A stretch of DNA of 64,000 nt from an uncultured candidatus Porisulfidus sp. (GTDB lineage: Bacteria > Pseudomonadota > Gammaproteobacteria > Poriferisulfidales > Poriferisulfidaceae). Both the position numbers and the translations under genes were made by a program. Position 1 is the stretch's first letter, and each line of letters opens with the position of its first letter. The notes below the pieces were generated by a model. That model had not been told where the DNA came from and did no database searches. It worked only from the letters and a program-made list of their open reading frames with translations. Shown here in pieces: positions 40,228 through 49,776 of this stretch. The stretch lies in contig OZ251520.1 of NCBI GenBank assembly GCA_965242985.1, positions 860,492 through 924,491 of the forward strand. Reading direction: 5' to 3'.

Positions 40228-41247
40228 ATGACGAAGACGATTCTCAATGCTATGAGTGAGAGCAGCCAGAAAGCTTTGTTTCCTGCCCCTAGCAAGGAAG
40301 GAGCGGAAAGTGGCGACGTGCAAAGTGAAGACGAGTTCGGTGGCTTGTGGACGGAAGTCAAGTTGGATATCGTGGAGAAGTACTTGAAAGCGTATACGAC
40401 TGCTCTGAAGTGGAGGCCACGCCGGGATCGGCCTTTCAAACTTCTGTATATCGATGCTTTTGCAGGGTCAGGATGGATCGTGCAAGACGATCCGGACAAT
40501 CCGGGAGCAAAACGCTTGATTTCTGGTTCAGCGGATCGTGCTGCGCAGGTAGACGACAAACCCTTCGATAGGTTGATCTTTGTTGAAAAAAACCCCCGCC
40601 GGTGTGGGAAACTGGAAGATATCAGAGCCAGATACCACCATCATCGGAATATAGAGATATATCAGGATGATGCAAACTTGTTCTTGAAAAACTTGCGGGA
40701 AGATTGGCGCAATTGTCGTGGTGTGTTATTTCTTGATCCATATGCTGTGGAGGTCGAGTGGTCCACGATAGAGAAGATTGCTGGATACCGCGCTCTTGAC
40801 GTTTGGATTCTTTTTCCTATTCATGCAGTTGTGCGAATGCTGAATCGAGACCAGATGCCGGAGGAGCATTTGAGAGAAAAACTTACGCAATTCTTTGGTA
40901 ATAAAAGTTGGGAGCGTCTCTACCAATTGGCCTATCAGTATGTTCTTTTGGGAGAAGAAGATATTCAAGAAATAGTCTATAGAGAACAAGGCGTTGATGC
41001 GTTAATAAACGTATACCGTGATAATTTAAGAAATCTGTTTGGGCCCAGACTTTTGGAACAATCCAAGAGGTTGGGTAGTTCGAGCAACCCACACTTATTT
41101 GAACTTTTCTTTTGTGCTGGCAGTCTAAGTGAGAGGGCAATAAGAGCCTCGTTTACAATTGCGCGCCATCTTATCAATACTATTGGTAATGGGAATCAAC
41201 CTGCGCGGGATCGTGTTTCTGCAACGATGGATTTGCTGAGCCAATAG
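40228..41247 (+). CDS. TcmP-like (three-Cys-motif partner) protein with Rossmann/methyltransferase-like D-x-F-x-G-x-G motif
   Basis: [12 protein letters not shown] motif. Low-GC gene (~47%). Sits immediately upstream of a Gp37/Gp68 gene, as is characteristic for TcmP. Confidence 0.5.
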   Translation: MTKTILNAMSESSQKALFPAPSKEGAESGDVQSEDEFGGLWTEVKLDIVEKYLKAYTTALKWRPRRDRPFKLLYIDAFAGSGWIVQDDPDNPGAKRLISGSADRAAQVDDKPFDRLIFVEKNPRRCGKLEDIRARYHHHRNIEIYQDDANLFLKNLREDWRNCRGVLFLDPYAVEVEWSTIEKIAGYRALDVWILFPIHAVVRMLNRDQMPEEHLREKLTQFFGNKSWERLYQLAYQYVLLGEEDIQEIVYREQGVDALINVYRDNLRNLFGPRLLEQSKRLGSSSNPHLFELFFCAGSLSERAIRASFTIARHLINTIGNGNQPARDRVSATMDLLSQ

Positions 41248-41269
41248 AATAACTGCCCGGATTATCGCT

Positions 41270-41989
41270 ATGTCTACCGTTTCTAGCATCGAATGGACGG
41301 ATGTCACTTGGAACCCGGTGACGGGTTGTACGAAGGTTAGTCACGGCTGCAGACACTGTTACGCGGAACAGATGGCCCGTCGGTTGCGGGCCATGGGAGT
41401 GGAGAAGTACCGTAACGGGTTTGCGGTGACGGAGCATCCCGAGGTGCTTCGTGATCCGCTGACTTGGCGTAAGCCGCGTTTGGTATTCGTTAACTCCATG
41501 TCGGATTTGTTCCACGAGTCTGTTTCTACTAGTTTCATCGAGGAGGTGTTCCGCGTGATGAACCAAGCGTCTCGGCACACATTCCAGGTCTTGACCAAGC
41601 GGCCGGAGCGGGTTGTGGATTTGAATCGCCAGTTGCGCTGGACCTCCAACATTTGGTTGGGTACGTCGATCGAATCGGAGCGTTGGATAGATCGCTTGAC
41701 ATTGCTGAGGCGGATCGACGCTCACACGAAATTCCTGTCGCTGGAGCCGTTGCTTGGGCCGCTATCGAGCCTAGACCTGAGGGGCGTGGACTGGGTGATT
41801 GTCGGTGGAGAATCGGGTCCGGGGGCGCGTCCGATGGAGGCAGACTGGGCGCGTGAGATCCGCGATCAGTGCCTTGCTGCAGATGTGCCATTCTTCTTCA
41901 AGCAGTGGGGAGGTGTGGTCAAGAAGCGGTCCGGCCGCGAATTAGACGGGAGGACTTGGGATCAACAGCCGGCGTTCGCGGGTGCCTAG
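41270..41989 (+). CDS. Phage Gp37/Gp68 family protein (DUF5131, three-Cys motif)
   Basis: [27 protein letters not shown] (C-x6-C-x2-C), ...WLGTSIE..., FFKQWGG are typical of PF07505. Confidence 0.6.
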   Translation: MSTVSSIEWTDVTWNPVTGCTKVSHGCRHCYAEQMARRLRAMGVEKYRNGFAVTEHPEVLRDPLTWRKPRLVFVNSMSDLFHESVSTSFIEEVFRVMNQASRHTFQVLTKRPERVVDLNRQLRWTSNIWLGTSIESERWIDRLTLLRRIDAHTKFLSLEPLLGPLSSLDLRGVDWVIVGGESGPGARPMEADWAREIRDQCLAADVPFFFKQWGGVVKKRSGRELDGRTWDQQPAFAGA

Positions 41990-42008
41990 AATGCGTGCTC
42001 TTGGAGTC

Positions 42009-42047
42009 TGATGCTATGATGCCTGCCGGAAGCGGGCCGGACAGCCG
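42009..42047 (+). repeat. Direct repeat, right copy (native rnpB promoter/5' end, attR-like)
   Basis: See 40018-40056. Confidence 0.65.
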
Positions 42048-42365
42048 CCGCCTGCGGGCGGAGGAAAGTCCGGGCTCCACAGGGCGGGATGCCAGGCAAC
42101 ACCTGGGGGGCGCGAGCCCACGGCCAGTGCCACAGAAAACATACCGCCGGGCGCAGGCCCGGTAAGGGTGAAAAGGTGCGGTAAGAGCGCACCGCGCGGC
42201 TGGCAACAGGCGCGGCAGGGTAAACCCCATCCGGAGCAAGACCCAATAGGGGGGCGATCGCGTGGCCCGCGCGGCTCCCGGGTAGGTCGCTAGAGCGGGG
42301 CGGCGACGTCCCGCCCAGATGAATGGCTGTCCTCGACAGAACCCGGCTTACAGGCCCGCTTCCCC
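42028..42365 (+). ncRNA. rnpB: RNase P RNA, bacterial type A
   Basis: Collinear with E. coli M1 RNA: gaagc.ggacag..gccgc, GGAGGAAAGTCCGGGCTCCA, GGTAAGGGTGAAA..GTGCGGTAAGAGCGCACC, ACAGAACCCGGCTTA. Confidence 0.85.
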
Positions 42366-42480
42366 TCGCCCCGGCAGTGGAGATTTCCTCCGCCCCCGTC
42401 CGGCTCCGGAATCCGAACTTTCTATAAATATGATTATATAACATATAAATAACTGGAATACATAAGAGGTTGTTTAGTGT

Positions 42481-42556
42481 ATTGATTTTTTAAAAAAGTG
42501 GTATAAAATGGCGGCCTGTGGAAATTTGTGGCACAAGGTGCCGCAGGGGACGCCGC
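42481..42556 (+). promoter_or_regulatory. Pmra promoter (TTGATT-N17-TATAAA) with downstream GTGG repeats resembling an MraZ operator
   Basis: attgattttttaaaaaagtggtataaaatgg followed by GTGG...GTGG...GTGG. Lies in a 25%-GC block. Confidence 0.55.
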
Positions 42557-42557
42557 C

Positions 42558-43007
42558 TTGTACCGGGGATCCTGTTTGCTCACGGTGGACGACAAGGGCC
42601 GCATCGCGGTGCCGACCCGATTCCGCGATCTGATCCAGAAGGAGTGCAAGGGCCGCATGGTGGCGACCATGTATTTCGAGCGCGGAGTCGGCATCTTCCC
42701 CTGGCCGGCCTGGAAGCAGCTCGAGCTGAACTTGCAGAAGATGTCCGACGCCCGGCCGGCGGAGCGCGCGCTGCGCGAGATGCTGCTCGGCCACGCCGAA
42801 GACCGGCAGCTCGACAGCCAGGGCCGGCTGCTGCTGGCGCAGGCGCTGCGCCGGCACGCGGGGATCGAGCGCGAGGCGCAGCTGATCGGGCAGGGCGACA
42901 AGCTGGTGCTGTGGTCGCGCTCGGTGGCGGAGCGGCGCTTCGAACAGTGGGACCAAGCCTTCGCCGAACCCGACCTGTCCGGGACGCTCGGCAACATCAC
43001 GCTCTGA
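42558..43007 (+). CDS. mraZ: Transcriptional regulator MraZ
   Basis: LYRGSCLLTVDDKGRIAVPTRFR aligns to the E. coli [23 protein letters not shown]. A TTG start is proposed at 42558; the ORF track starts at GTG 42528. Confidence 0.8.
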   Translation: MYRGSCLLTVDDKGRIAVPTRFRDLIQKECKGRMVATMYFERGVGIFPWPAWKQLELNLQKMSDARPAERALREMLLGHAEDRQLDSQGRLLLAQALRRHAGIEREAQLIGQGDKLVLWSRSVAERRFEQWDQAFAEPDLSGTLGNITL

Positions 43008-43010
43008 GCG

Positions 43011-43928
43011 GTGGCCGACGCGCATGAACCGGTCCTGGCGCGCGAGGCTATCGACCGGCTGGCCGTGCGCCCCGGCGGGCGCTACGTCGACGCCACCTAC
43101 GGCCGCGGCGGCCACGCCCGGCGCATTCTCGAGCGGCTGGACGGAAGCGGCCGGCTGTGGGTGGCGGACCGCGACCCGGAGGCCTGCGCCCACGCCCGCG
43201 GCGCGCTGGGCGGCGACCCGCGCGTGGCGGTGGTGGAGGACTCGTTCGTGAACCTGCCGCGCGTCCTGGCGGGCGCCGCGCCCGCGCGCGGCCTGGACGG
43301 GCTGCTGCTGGACCTGGGCGTGTCGTCGGCGCAGCTGGACGCGCCGGAGCGCGGCTTCAGCTTCCGCCGCGACGGCCCGCTCGACATGCGCATGAGCCGC
43401 CGCGGGCCGACCGCCGCCGACTGGCTCGCCCGGGCGCCGGCGCGGGAGATCGCCGGCGTGCTGAAGAAGTTCGGCGAGGAGCGCCGCGCCGCGCGCATCG
43501 CCCGCGCCATCGTCGCCGCGCGCGCCGAGGCCCCGCTCGCCACCACCGCGCGGCTGGCGGCGGTGATCGCCGCGGCCGCGCCGTCCGCCGGGGCGCGGCT
43601 ACATCCCGCGACCCGCAGCTTCCAGGCCATCCGCATCTTCCTCAACCGCGAGCTCGAGGAGCTCCGGGCGCTGCTGGCGGCGGCGCCGGGGCTGCTCGCC
43701 GCGGGCGGCCGCCTGGCCGTCATCAGCTTCCACTCGCTGGAGGACCGGCTGGTCAAGCGCTTCCTGCGCGAGCGCGCGGAGCCGCCCGCGGTCTCCCGCC
43801 ACCGCCCGGCGCCGGATTTCCGGCCGGAGTTCGAGGTCTTCCCGCTGCTGCGGCCCGGCGCGGCCGAGGTCGCCGCCAATCCGCGGGCGCGCTCGGCGCG
43901 CCTGCGCGCCGCCCGGAGGCTGGCGTGA
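43011..43928 (+). CDS. rsmH: 16S rRNA (cytosine1402-N4)-methyltransferase
   Basis: HEPVL..., DATYGRGGH, DLGVSS motifs. Confidence 0.85.
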   Translation: MADAHEPVLAREAIDRLAVRPGGRYVDATYGRGGHARRILERLDGSGRLWVADRDPEACAHARGALGGDPRVAVVEDSFVNLPRVLAGAAPARGLDGLLLDLGVSSAQLDAPERGFSFRRDGPLDMRMSRRGPTAADWLARAPAREIAGVLKKFGEERRAARIARAIVAARAEAPLATTARLAAVIAAAAPSAGARLHPATRSFQAIRIFLNRELEELRALLAAAPGLLAAGGRLAVISFHSLEDRLVKRFLRERAEPPAVSRHRPAPDFRPEFEVFPLLRPGAAEVAANPRARSARLRAARRLA

Positions 43929-44191
43929 GCCGCGCCGCCGCCTGGGGGCTGCTGCTGCTGCTCAACTTCGCGGCCGGCGCCGCGGTCGTCTACGCCAAGC
44001 ATTCCAGCCTCGCGCTGTTCCGCGACCTGCAGCGCGAGCGCCAGGCGTACCACCGCCTGCAGACCGACTGGGGCCGGCTGCTGCTGGAGCGCGGCGCGCT
44101 GGCCGCCTATCCGCGCATCGAGGAATTGGCCGCGGCCCGCCTCGGCATGCGCCGCCCGGAGCTGTCCGCCGTGGAGCTGGCGCGGCCGTGA
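43925..44191 (+). CDS. ftsL: Cell division protein FtsL
   Basis: GTG start in GTGA overlap with rsmH. ~88-aa single-TM protein with a coiled coil, in the canonical dcw position. Confidence 0.7.
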   Translation: MSRAAAWGLLLLLNFAAGAAVVYAKHSSLALFRDLQRERQAYHRLQTDWGRLLLERGALAAYPRIEELAAARLGMRRPELSAVELARP

Positions 44192-45894
44192 CCGGGCGCC
44201 GCCCGAATGTCCGCTACGCCTGGCGCCGCCGGGCGGTCGCCGGCGTCCTGCTGCTGGCGATGCTGGGCCTGGCCGGCCGCGCCGCGCAGCTGCAGTTCGC
44301 CGAGCGCGAGTTCCTGCAGTCGCAGGGCGACAGCCGCCAGCAGCGCACGGTGCCGATCCCCGCGCACCGCGGCATGCTGCTGGACCGCGACGGCGAGCCG
44401 CTGGCGGTCAGCACGCCGGTGGAATCGGTGTGGGCCGAGCCCGCCCGGCTGCTGCAGGCGGGCGCGGGCCTGGAGCGGCTGGCGCGCGCGCTGGCGCTGT
44501 CCGCGCCGGAACTGCGCCGCCGCCTCGCCGCCCGGCGCGACCGGCAGTTCCTGTACCTGCGCCGCCAGGTGGCGCCGCGCCTGGCCGAGCAGGTGCGCGC
44601 GCTGCGCGTCCCCGGCGTGCACCTGCAGACCGAGTACCGCCGCTACTACCCGATGGGCGCCGCCGCCGCCCAGGTGCTCGGCACCACCGACATCGACGAC
44701 CGCGGCCGCGAAGGGCTGGAGCTGTCCTACGACGGCGAGCTGCGCGGGCGCGCCGGCCGCCAGCGCGTGCGCCAGGACCGCCACGGCCGGGTCATCCACG
44801 AGCTGCAGCAGCTGCGCGCGCCCAAGCACGGGCGCAACCTGCGCCTGTCGCTGGACCGCGGCCTGCAGTACTTCGCCTACCGCGACCTGGAGCGCGCGGT
44901 GCGCGAACACCGCGCCCGCGCCGGCGTGCTGGTGCTGCTCGACGCGGTCACCGGCGAGGTGCTGGCGCTGGTCCAGGCGCCGTCGTTCAATCCCAACGAC
45001 CGCGCCGGGGCGCGGGCGGAGCAGCGCCGCAGCCGCGCCGTGACCGACCTGTACGAGCCCGGCTCGGTGATCAAGCCCTTCACCGTGCTGGCGGCGCTGA
45101 TGAGCGGCGAGTACGCGGCGGACAGCCGCATCGACACCGCGCCCGGCTCCTGGGTGATCGACGGCCACCGCATCCGCGACGTGCGCAACTTCGGCGAGCT
45201 GGACCTGGCGGGCGTGCTGATCAAGTCCAGCAACGTCGCCGCGGCGCGGCTGGCGCTCGCGGTGCCGGCCCCGCAGTGGTGGGGCGTGCTCGACGGCCTC
45301 GGCTTCGGCCAGGAGCTGGCCACCGATTTTCCCGGCGCCGCGGTCGGCGTGCTGCGCCCGCCGGAGGCGTGGATGCGCATGGACCAGGCCGGGCTGGGCT
45401 ACGGCTACGGGCTGTCGGCGACGCCGCTGCACCTGGCGCAGGCGTTCGCCGTGCTGGCCAACCGCGGCGTGCGCCACGCGCCGAACTTCCGCGCCCGGCC
45501 GGCGGCTGGCGGGCGGCGGGTGCTGCCGCCGGAGCAGTGCGCGCGGGTGCTCGGCATGCTGGAGCGGGTGGCCCGCGCCGGCGGCACCGCCTGGCGCGCC
45601 CGGCTGCCGGGCTACACGGTGGCGGCCAAGACCGGCACCGTGCGCAAGCTGACCGAAAGCGGCTATTCCGACCGCCGCCACGTGGCGATGATCGCCGGCA
45701 TCGTGCCGGCGCGCCACCCGCGGCTGGTGATGCTGGTGCTGATCGACGAGCCGCAGGGCGGGCGCTACTACGGCGGCGAGGTCGCCGCGCCGGTGTTCCA
45801 GCGGGTCGCTTGGGAGGCGGTGCGGGTGCTGAACATTCCGCCGGACGATCCGGGCCTGCAGGCCGCGGCGCCGGGCGGGGGGGAAGCCGGATGA
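44188..45894 (+). CDS. ftsI: Peptidoglycan D,D-transpeptidase FtsI (PBP3)
   Basis: N-terminal TM anchor, PBP dimerisation domain, SxxK-type (SVIK), SSN and KTG motifs. Confidence 0.9.
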   Translation: MTGRRPNVRYAWRRRAVAGVLLLAMLGLAGRAAQLQFAEREFLQSQGDSRQQRTVPIPAHRGMLLDRDGEPLAVSTPVESVWAEPARLLQAGAGLERLARALALSAPELRRRLAARRDRQFLYLRRQVAPRLAEQVRALRVPGVHLQTEYRRYYPMGAAAAQVLGTTDIDDRGREGLELSYDGELRGRAGRQRVRQDRHGRVIHELQQLRAPKHGRNLRLSLDRGLQYFAYRDLERAVREHRARAGVLVLLDAVTGEVLALVQAPSFNPNDRAGARAEQRRSRAVTDLYEPGSVIKPFTVLAALMSGEYAADSRIDTAPGSWVIDGHRIRDVRNFGELDLAGVLIKSSNVAAARLALAVPAPQWWGVLDGLGFGQELATDFPGAAVGVLRPPEAWMRMDQAGLGYGYGLSATPLHLAQAFAVLANRGVRHAPNFRARPAAGGRRVLPPEQCARVLGMLERVARAGGTAWRARLPGYTVAAKTGTVRKLTESGYSDRRHVAMIAGIVPARHPRLVMLVLIDEPQGGRYYGGEVAAPVFQRVAWEAVRVLNIPPDDPGLQAAAPGGGEAG

Positions 45895-47357
45895 CGCGCG
45901 CGCGGCCGCTGTCGGAACTGCTCGCGGGCTACGCGCCGGCGCCGGCCGGCTGCGCGGTGCGCGGCGTGCGCTGCCGCAGCGCCGAGATCCGCCCGGGCGA
46001 ACTGTTCGCGGCCTGCGCGGGCCGGCGCGCGCACGGCCTCGCGGGCCTGGCCGAGGCGCTGCGCCGGGGCGCGGCGGCGGTGGCGTACGAACCCGGCCCG
46101 GGCGCGGCCGCGCCGGCGGCGGCGGTGCCGTGCATCGCGGTGCCGGACCTGTCGCGGCGCCTGGGCGAGATCGCGGCGCGCTTCTTCGACCGGCCGTCGC
46201 GGGCGCTGTCGGTGATCGGCGTCACCGGCACCGACGGCAAGACCTCGACCGCGCACTTGGCGGCGCAGCTGCTGCGCGCGCTGCAGCGCGGCTGCGGCCT
46301 GATCGGCACCCTGGGCGCGGGCGCGCCGGAGGCGCTGCGCCCGACCGGCATGACCACCCCGGACGCGGCGCGGCTGCAGGCGGAGCTGCATCGGATGGTG
46401 CGCCGCCGCGCCGCCTACGCCGTGCTGGAGGTGTCCTCGCACGCGCTCGACCAGCGCCGCTGCGACGCGGTGCGCTTCGACGCCGCGGTGTTCACCACTC
46501 TCGGCCGCGACCACCTGGAATACCACGGCGGCGCCGAACGCTACGCCGCCGCCAAGCGCCGGCTGTTCGCCGAGCTGCGCCCGCGGCGGGCGGTGCTGAA
46601 CGTCGACGACCCGTTCGGGCGCGCGCTCGCGGCCGAACTCGCGCCGGCGCTGGAGGTGCGCCGCTGCGCGCTGGACGCCGACGCCGACGAGACCGCGCGC
46701 GACATCGCCGCGACGCCGGAAGGATTGGCATTCACCTGGCGCTGCGGCGAGCGCGAGGAGCGCGTGCGCGTCCCGGGCCTGTACGGCCGCTTCAACGTCG
46801 TCAACCTGCTGCTGGCGGCGGCGGCGGTGCGGGCCTGCGGCCTGCCGGCGGCGGCGGTGGGGCGCGCCATGGCCGCCTGCGCTCCGGCGCCGGGGCGCCT
46901 CGAGCGCTTCGGCCCGCCGGCGCGGCCGGTGTTCGTCGACTACGCGCACACCGCCGAGGCCCTGGCCGCGGCGCTGGACGCGCTGCGCGCGCATTTCGGC
47001 CGGCCGGTGCACTGCGTGTTCGGCGCCGGCGGCGAACGCGACCGCGGCAAGCGCCCGCGGATGGCGGCCGCGGCCGAGCGCGGCGCGGCGCGGCTGACCC
47101 TGACCGACGACAACCCCCGCGGCGAGGAGCCGCGGCGGATCTTCGCCGACCTCCGCGCGGGATTGAGGCGGCCGGAGCGCGCGCGGCTGCTGCCCGACCG
47201 GGCGGCCGCCATCGCCCGGGCGGTGGCGGAGCGGGCCCCGGACGAAGTGGTGCTCATCGCCGGGCGCGGACACGAGACCGAACAGCACGCGGCCGCGGGG
47301 CCGCGGCCGTTCTCGGACCGCGCCGCGGTGCGGGCGGCGCTGGCGGCGGCGGCGTGA
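45891..47357 (+). CDS. murE: UDP-N-acetylmuramoyl-L-alanyl-D-glutamate--2,6-diaminopimelate ligase
   Basis: ATGA overlap with ftsI. GVTGTDGKTST P-loop, Mur ligase domains. Confidence 0.85.
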   Translation: MTRARPLSELLAGYAPAPAGCAVRGVRCRSAEIRPGELFAACAGRRAHGLAGLAEALRRGAAAVAYEPGPGAAAPAAAVPCIAVPDLSRRLGEIAARFFDRPSRALSVIGVTGTDGKTSTAHLAAQLLRALQRGCGLIGTLGAGAPEALRPTGMTTPDAARLQAELHRMVRRRAAYAVLEVSSHALDQRRCDAVRFDAAVFTTLGRDHLEYHGGAERYAAAKRRLFAELRPRRAVLNVDDPFGRALAAELAPALEVRRCALDADADETARDIAATPEGLAFTWRCGEREERVRVPGLYGRFNVVNLLLAAAAVRACGLPAAAVGRAMAACAPAPGRLERFGPPARPVFVDYAHTAEALAAALDALRAHFGRPVHCVFGAGGERDRGKRPRMAAAAERGAARLTLTDDNPRGEEPRRIFADLRAGLRRPERARLLPDRAAAIARAVAERAPDEVVLIAGRGHETEQHAAAGPRPFSDRAAVRAALAAAA

Positions 47358-48697
47358 TGCGGCTCGCGGAACTGGCCGAGTGGTGCGGCGGCGAGTTGGC
47401 CGGCGCCGACGGCCCGGTGCGGGGCGCGGGCATCGATTCGCGCGCGCTGCCGGCGGGCGCGCTGTTCGTCGCGCTGCGCGGCGAGCGCCGCGACGGCCAC
47501 GACTTCGCGGCCGACTGCGCGGACCGCGCCGCCGGCTGCCTGGTGGGCAGGCGGCTGGCGCTCGACGTCCCGCAGATCGTGGTCGCGGATCCGGCGGCCG
47601 CGCTGCAGCAGATCGCGGCGCGCTGGCGGACGCGCCTGCGCGCGCGGGTGGCGGCGGTGACCGGCAGCAACGGCAAGACCACCGTCAAGGAGATGACGCG
47701 CGCGGTGCTGGCGGCGGCCGGCCGCTGCGCCGCCTCGCCCGGCAACTGGAACAACCACCTGGGCGTGCCGCTGGCGCTGCTCGGCGTCGCCGCGGACGAC
47801 GACTACGCGGTGCTGGAGCTGGGCGCGAACCATCCCGGCGAAATCGCCCGGCTCGCGGCCTGGGCGCGCCCGGACGCGGCCGCGGTGACCTGCGCCGCCG
47901 AGGCGCACCTGGAGGGCTTCGGCGACCTCGACGGGGTGGCCGCGGCGAAGGCGGAGATCTACGCCGGCCTGGGCGCGGACGGCGTGGCGGCGGTCAACGC
48001 CGACGACCGCTACGCGGACTACTGGCGCGGCCGCGCCGCGCCGCGGCGGGTGATCGACTTCGGCGCGGCGCCCGGCGCCGCGGTGCGGGCGCAAGCGGAC
48101 GGCGGCGAACTGGAGCTCGCCTGCGGCGGCGAGGCGGCGCGCATCGGCTGGCCGCTCGCGGGCGCGCACAACGCCCTCAACGCCGCCTGCGCGGTGGCGC
48201 TCGGCGTGGGGCTGGGCGTCGGCTTCCGCGCCGCGGCCGCGGCGCTCGCCGGCTTCGAGCTGCCGGTCGCGGGGCGGCTGCGCTTCGCGCGCGGCCCCGG
48301 CGGCGCGCGCCTGATCGACGACAGCTACAACGCCAACCCCGGCTCGTTCCGGGCCGCCATCGACGTGCTCGCCGGGCAGGCCGCCGAGACCTGGCTGGTG
48401 ATGGGCGAGATGCGCGAACTCGGCGCCGCCAGCGACGCCTGCCACGCGGACGTGGCGCGCTACGCGCGCGCCGCCGGGGTGGGGCGGCTGCTGGCGCTCG
48501 GCCCCCAGGCCGAACGCTGCGCCCGCGCCTTCGGCGCCGGCGGCGAGGCCTGCGCCGGCGTCGAGCAGGCCGCCGCCGTGCTGCGGCGGGAACTGCGCGC
48601 CGGCTGCGCGGTGCTGGTCAAGGGCTCGCGCGCGGCGCGGCTGGAGCGGCTGGTGGCGCGGCTCGCGGAGCCGGAGGAGGCCGCCCATGCTGCTTGA
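47357..48697 (+). CDS. murF: UDP-N-acetylmuramoyl-tripeptide--D-alanyl-D-alanine ligase
   Basis: [15 protein letters not shown]-loop. Dcw order. Confidence 0.85.
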   Translation: MRLAELAEWCGGELAGADGPVRGAGIDSRALPAGALFVALRGERRDGHDFAADCADRAAGCLVGRRLALDVPQIVVADPAAALQQIAARWRTRLRARVAAVTGSNGKTTVKEMTRAVLAAAGRCAASPGNWNNHLGVPLALLGVAADDDYAVLELGANHPGEIARLAAWARPDAAAVTCAAEAHLEGFGDLDGVAAAKAEIYAGLGADGVAAVNADDRYADYWRGRAAPRRVIDFGAAPGAAVRAQADGGELELACGGEAARIGWPLAGAHNALNAACAVALGVGLGVGFRAAAAALAGFELPVAGRLRFARGPGGARLIDDSYNANPGSFRAAIDVLAGQAAETWLVMGEMRELGAASDACHADVARYARAAGVGRLLALGPQAERCARAFGAGGEACAGVEQAAAVLRRELRAGCAVLVKGSRAARLERLVARLAEPEEAAHAA

Positions 48698-49763
48698 CCT
48701 GTTCGTCTGGCTGGAGCAGTACGACCCGGGGTTCTCGGTGTTCCGCTACCTGACCGTGCGCGGCATCGCGGCGCTGCTGACCGCGCTCGGCATCGCGCTG
48801 CTGATCGGGCCCGCGGCGATCCGCCAGCTGAGCGCGCGGCGCATCGGCGAGACCATCCGCGGCGACGGCGTCGCCGCGCACCAGGCCAAGCGCGGCACGC
48901 CGACCATGGGCGGGCTGCTGATCCTGCTCGCGCTGTGCGGCTCGGTGCTGCTGTGGGGCTCCTGGGACAACCGCTACCTGTGGGTGCTGCTGGCCACCAC
49001 CGCGGCGTTCGCCGCGATCGGCGCGCTGGACGACTTCTGGAAGCTGCGCTCGCGCCGCGGCATCCGCGCGCGCACCAAGTTCCTGCTGCAGGCGGCGGCC
49101 GGCGCGGCGGTCGGCTGGGCGCTGTACGCCACCGCCGTCGACCCGGTCGAGACGCGCCTGCTGCTGCCGGTGTTCAAGGAGTGGCACTTCGACCTCGGGC
49201 CGTGGTTCGTGCCGCTGGCGGCGTTCATGCTGGTGCTGATGAGCAACGCGGTCAACCTCACCGACGGCCTCGACGGCCTGGCGGTGATGCCGGTGGTGCT
49301 GATCGCCGGCGGGCTCGCGGTGTTCGCCTACGCCATCGGCCACAGCGAGTTCTCCGCCTACCTCGGCATCGCGCACGTGCCGCAGGCCGGCGAGATGATC
49401 GTCTACTGCGCGGCGCTGGTCGGCGCCGGCCTCGGCTTCCTCTGGTTCAACACCTATCCCGCGCAGGTGTTCATGGGCGACCTGGGCGCGCTCGCCACCG
49501 GCGCCGCGCTCGGCGCGGTGGCGGTGATCCTGCGCCAGGAGATCGTGCTGCTGGTCATGGGCGGCGTGCTGATGATGGAGATCCTCTCGGTGGTGCTGCA
49601 GGTCGCCTCGTTCCGCCTCACCGGCCGGCGCATCTTCGCCATGGCGCCGCTGCACCACCACTTCGAGCTGCGCGGCTGGCCCGAGCCGCGCATCGCCGTG
49701 CGCTTCTGGATCATCACCCTGATCCTGGTGCTGGTCGGCCTCGCCACCCTGAAGATCCGCTGA
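48687..49763 (+). CDS. mraY: Phospho-N-acetylmuramoyl-pentapeptide-transferase
   Basis: [12 protein letters not shown]..., [13 protein letters not shown] motifs. Confidence 0.9.
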   Translation: MLLDLFVWLEQYDPGFSVFRYLTVRGIAALLTALGIALLIGPAAIRQLSARRIGETIRGDGVAAHQAKRGTPTMGGLLILLALCGSVLLWGSWDNRYLWVLLATTAAFAAIGALDDFWKLRSRRGIRARTKFLLQAAAGAAVGWALYATAVDPVETRLLLPVFKEWHFDLGPWFVPLAAFMLVLMSNAVNLTDGLDGLAVMPVVLIAGGLAVFAYAIGHSEFSAYLGIAHVPQAGEMIVYCAALVGAGLGFLWFNTYPAQVFMGDLGALATGAALGAVAVILRQEIVLLVMGGVLMMEILSVVLQVASFRLTGRRIFAMAPLHHHFELRGWPEPRIAVRFWIITLILVLVGLATLKIR

Positions 49764-49776
49764 GGCCGCCGCCGCC

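Noticed and set aside
42011-42047. Possibility that the island inserted into a tRNA rather than rnpB
   Set aside because: The duplicated segment continues collinearly into a full-length type-A RNase P RNA. No tRNA cloverleaf is present at this site.
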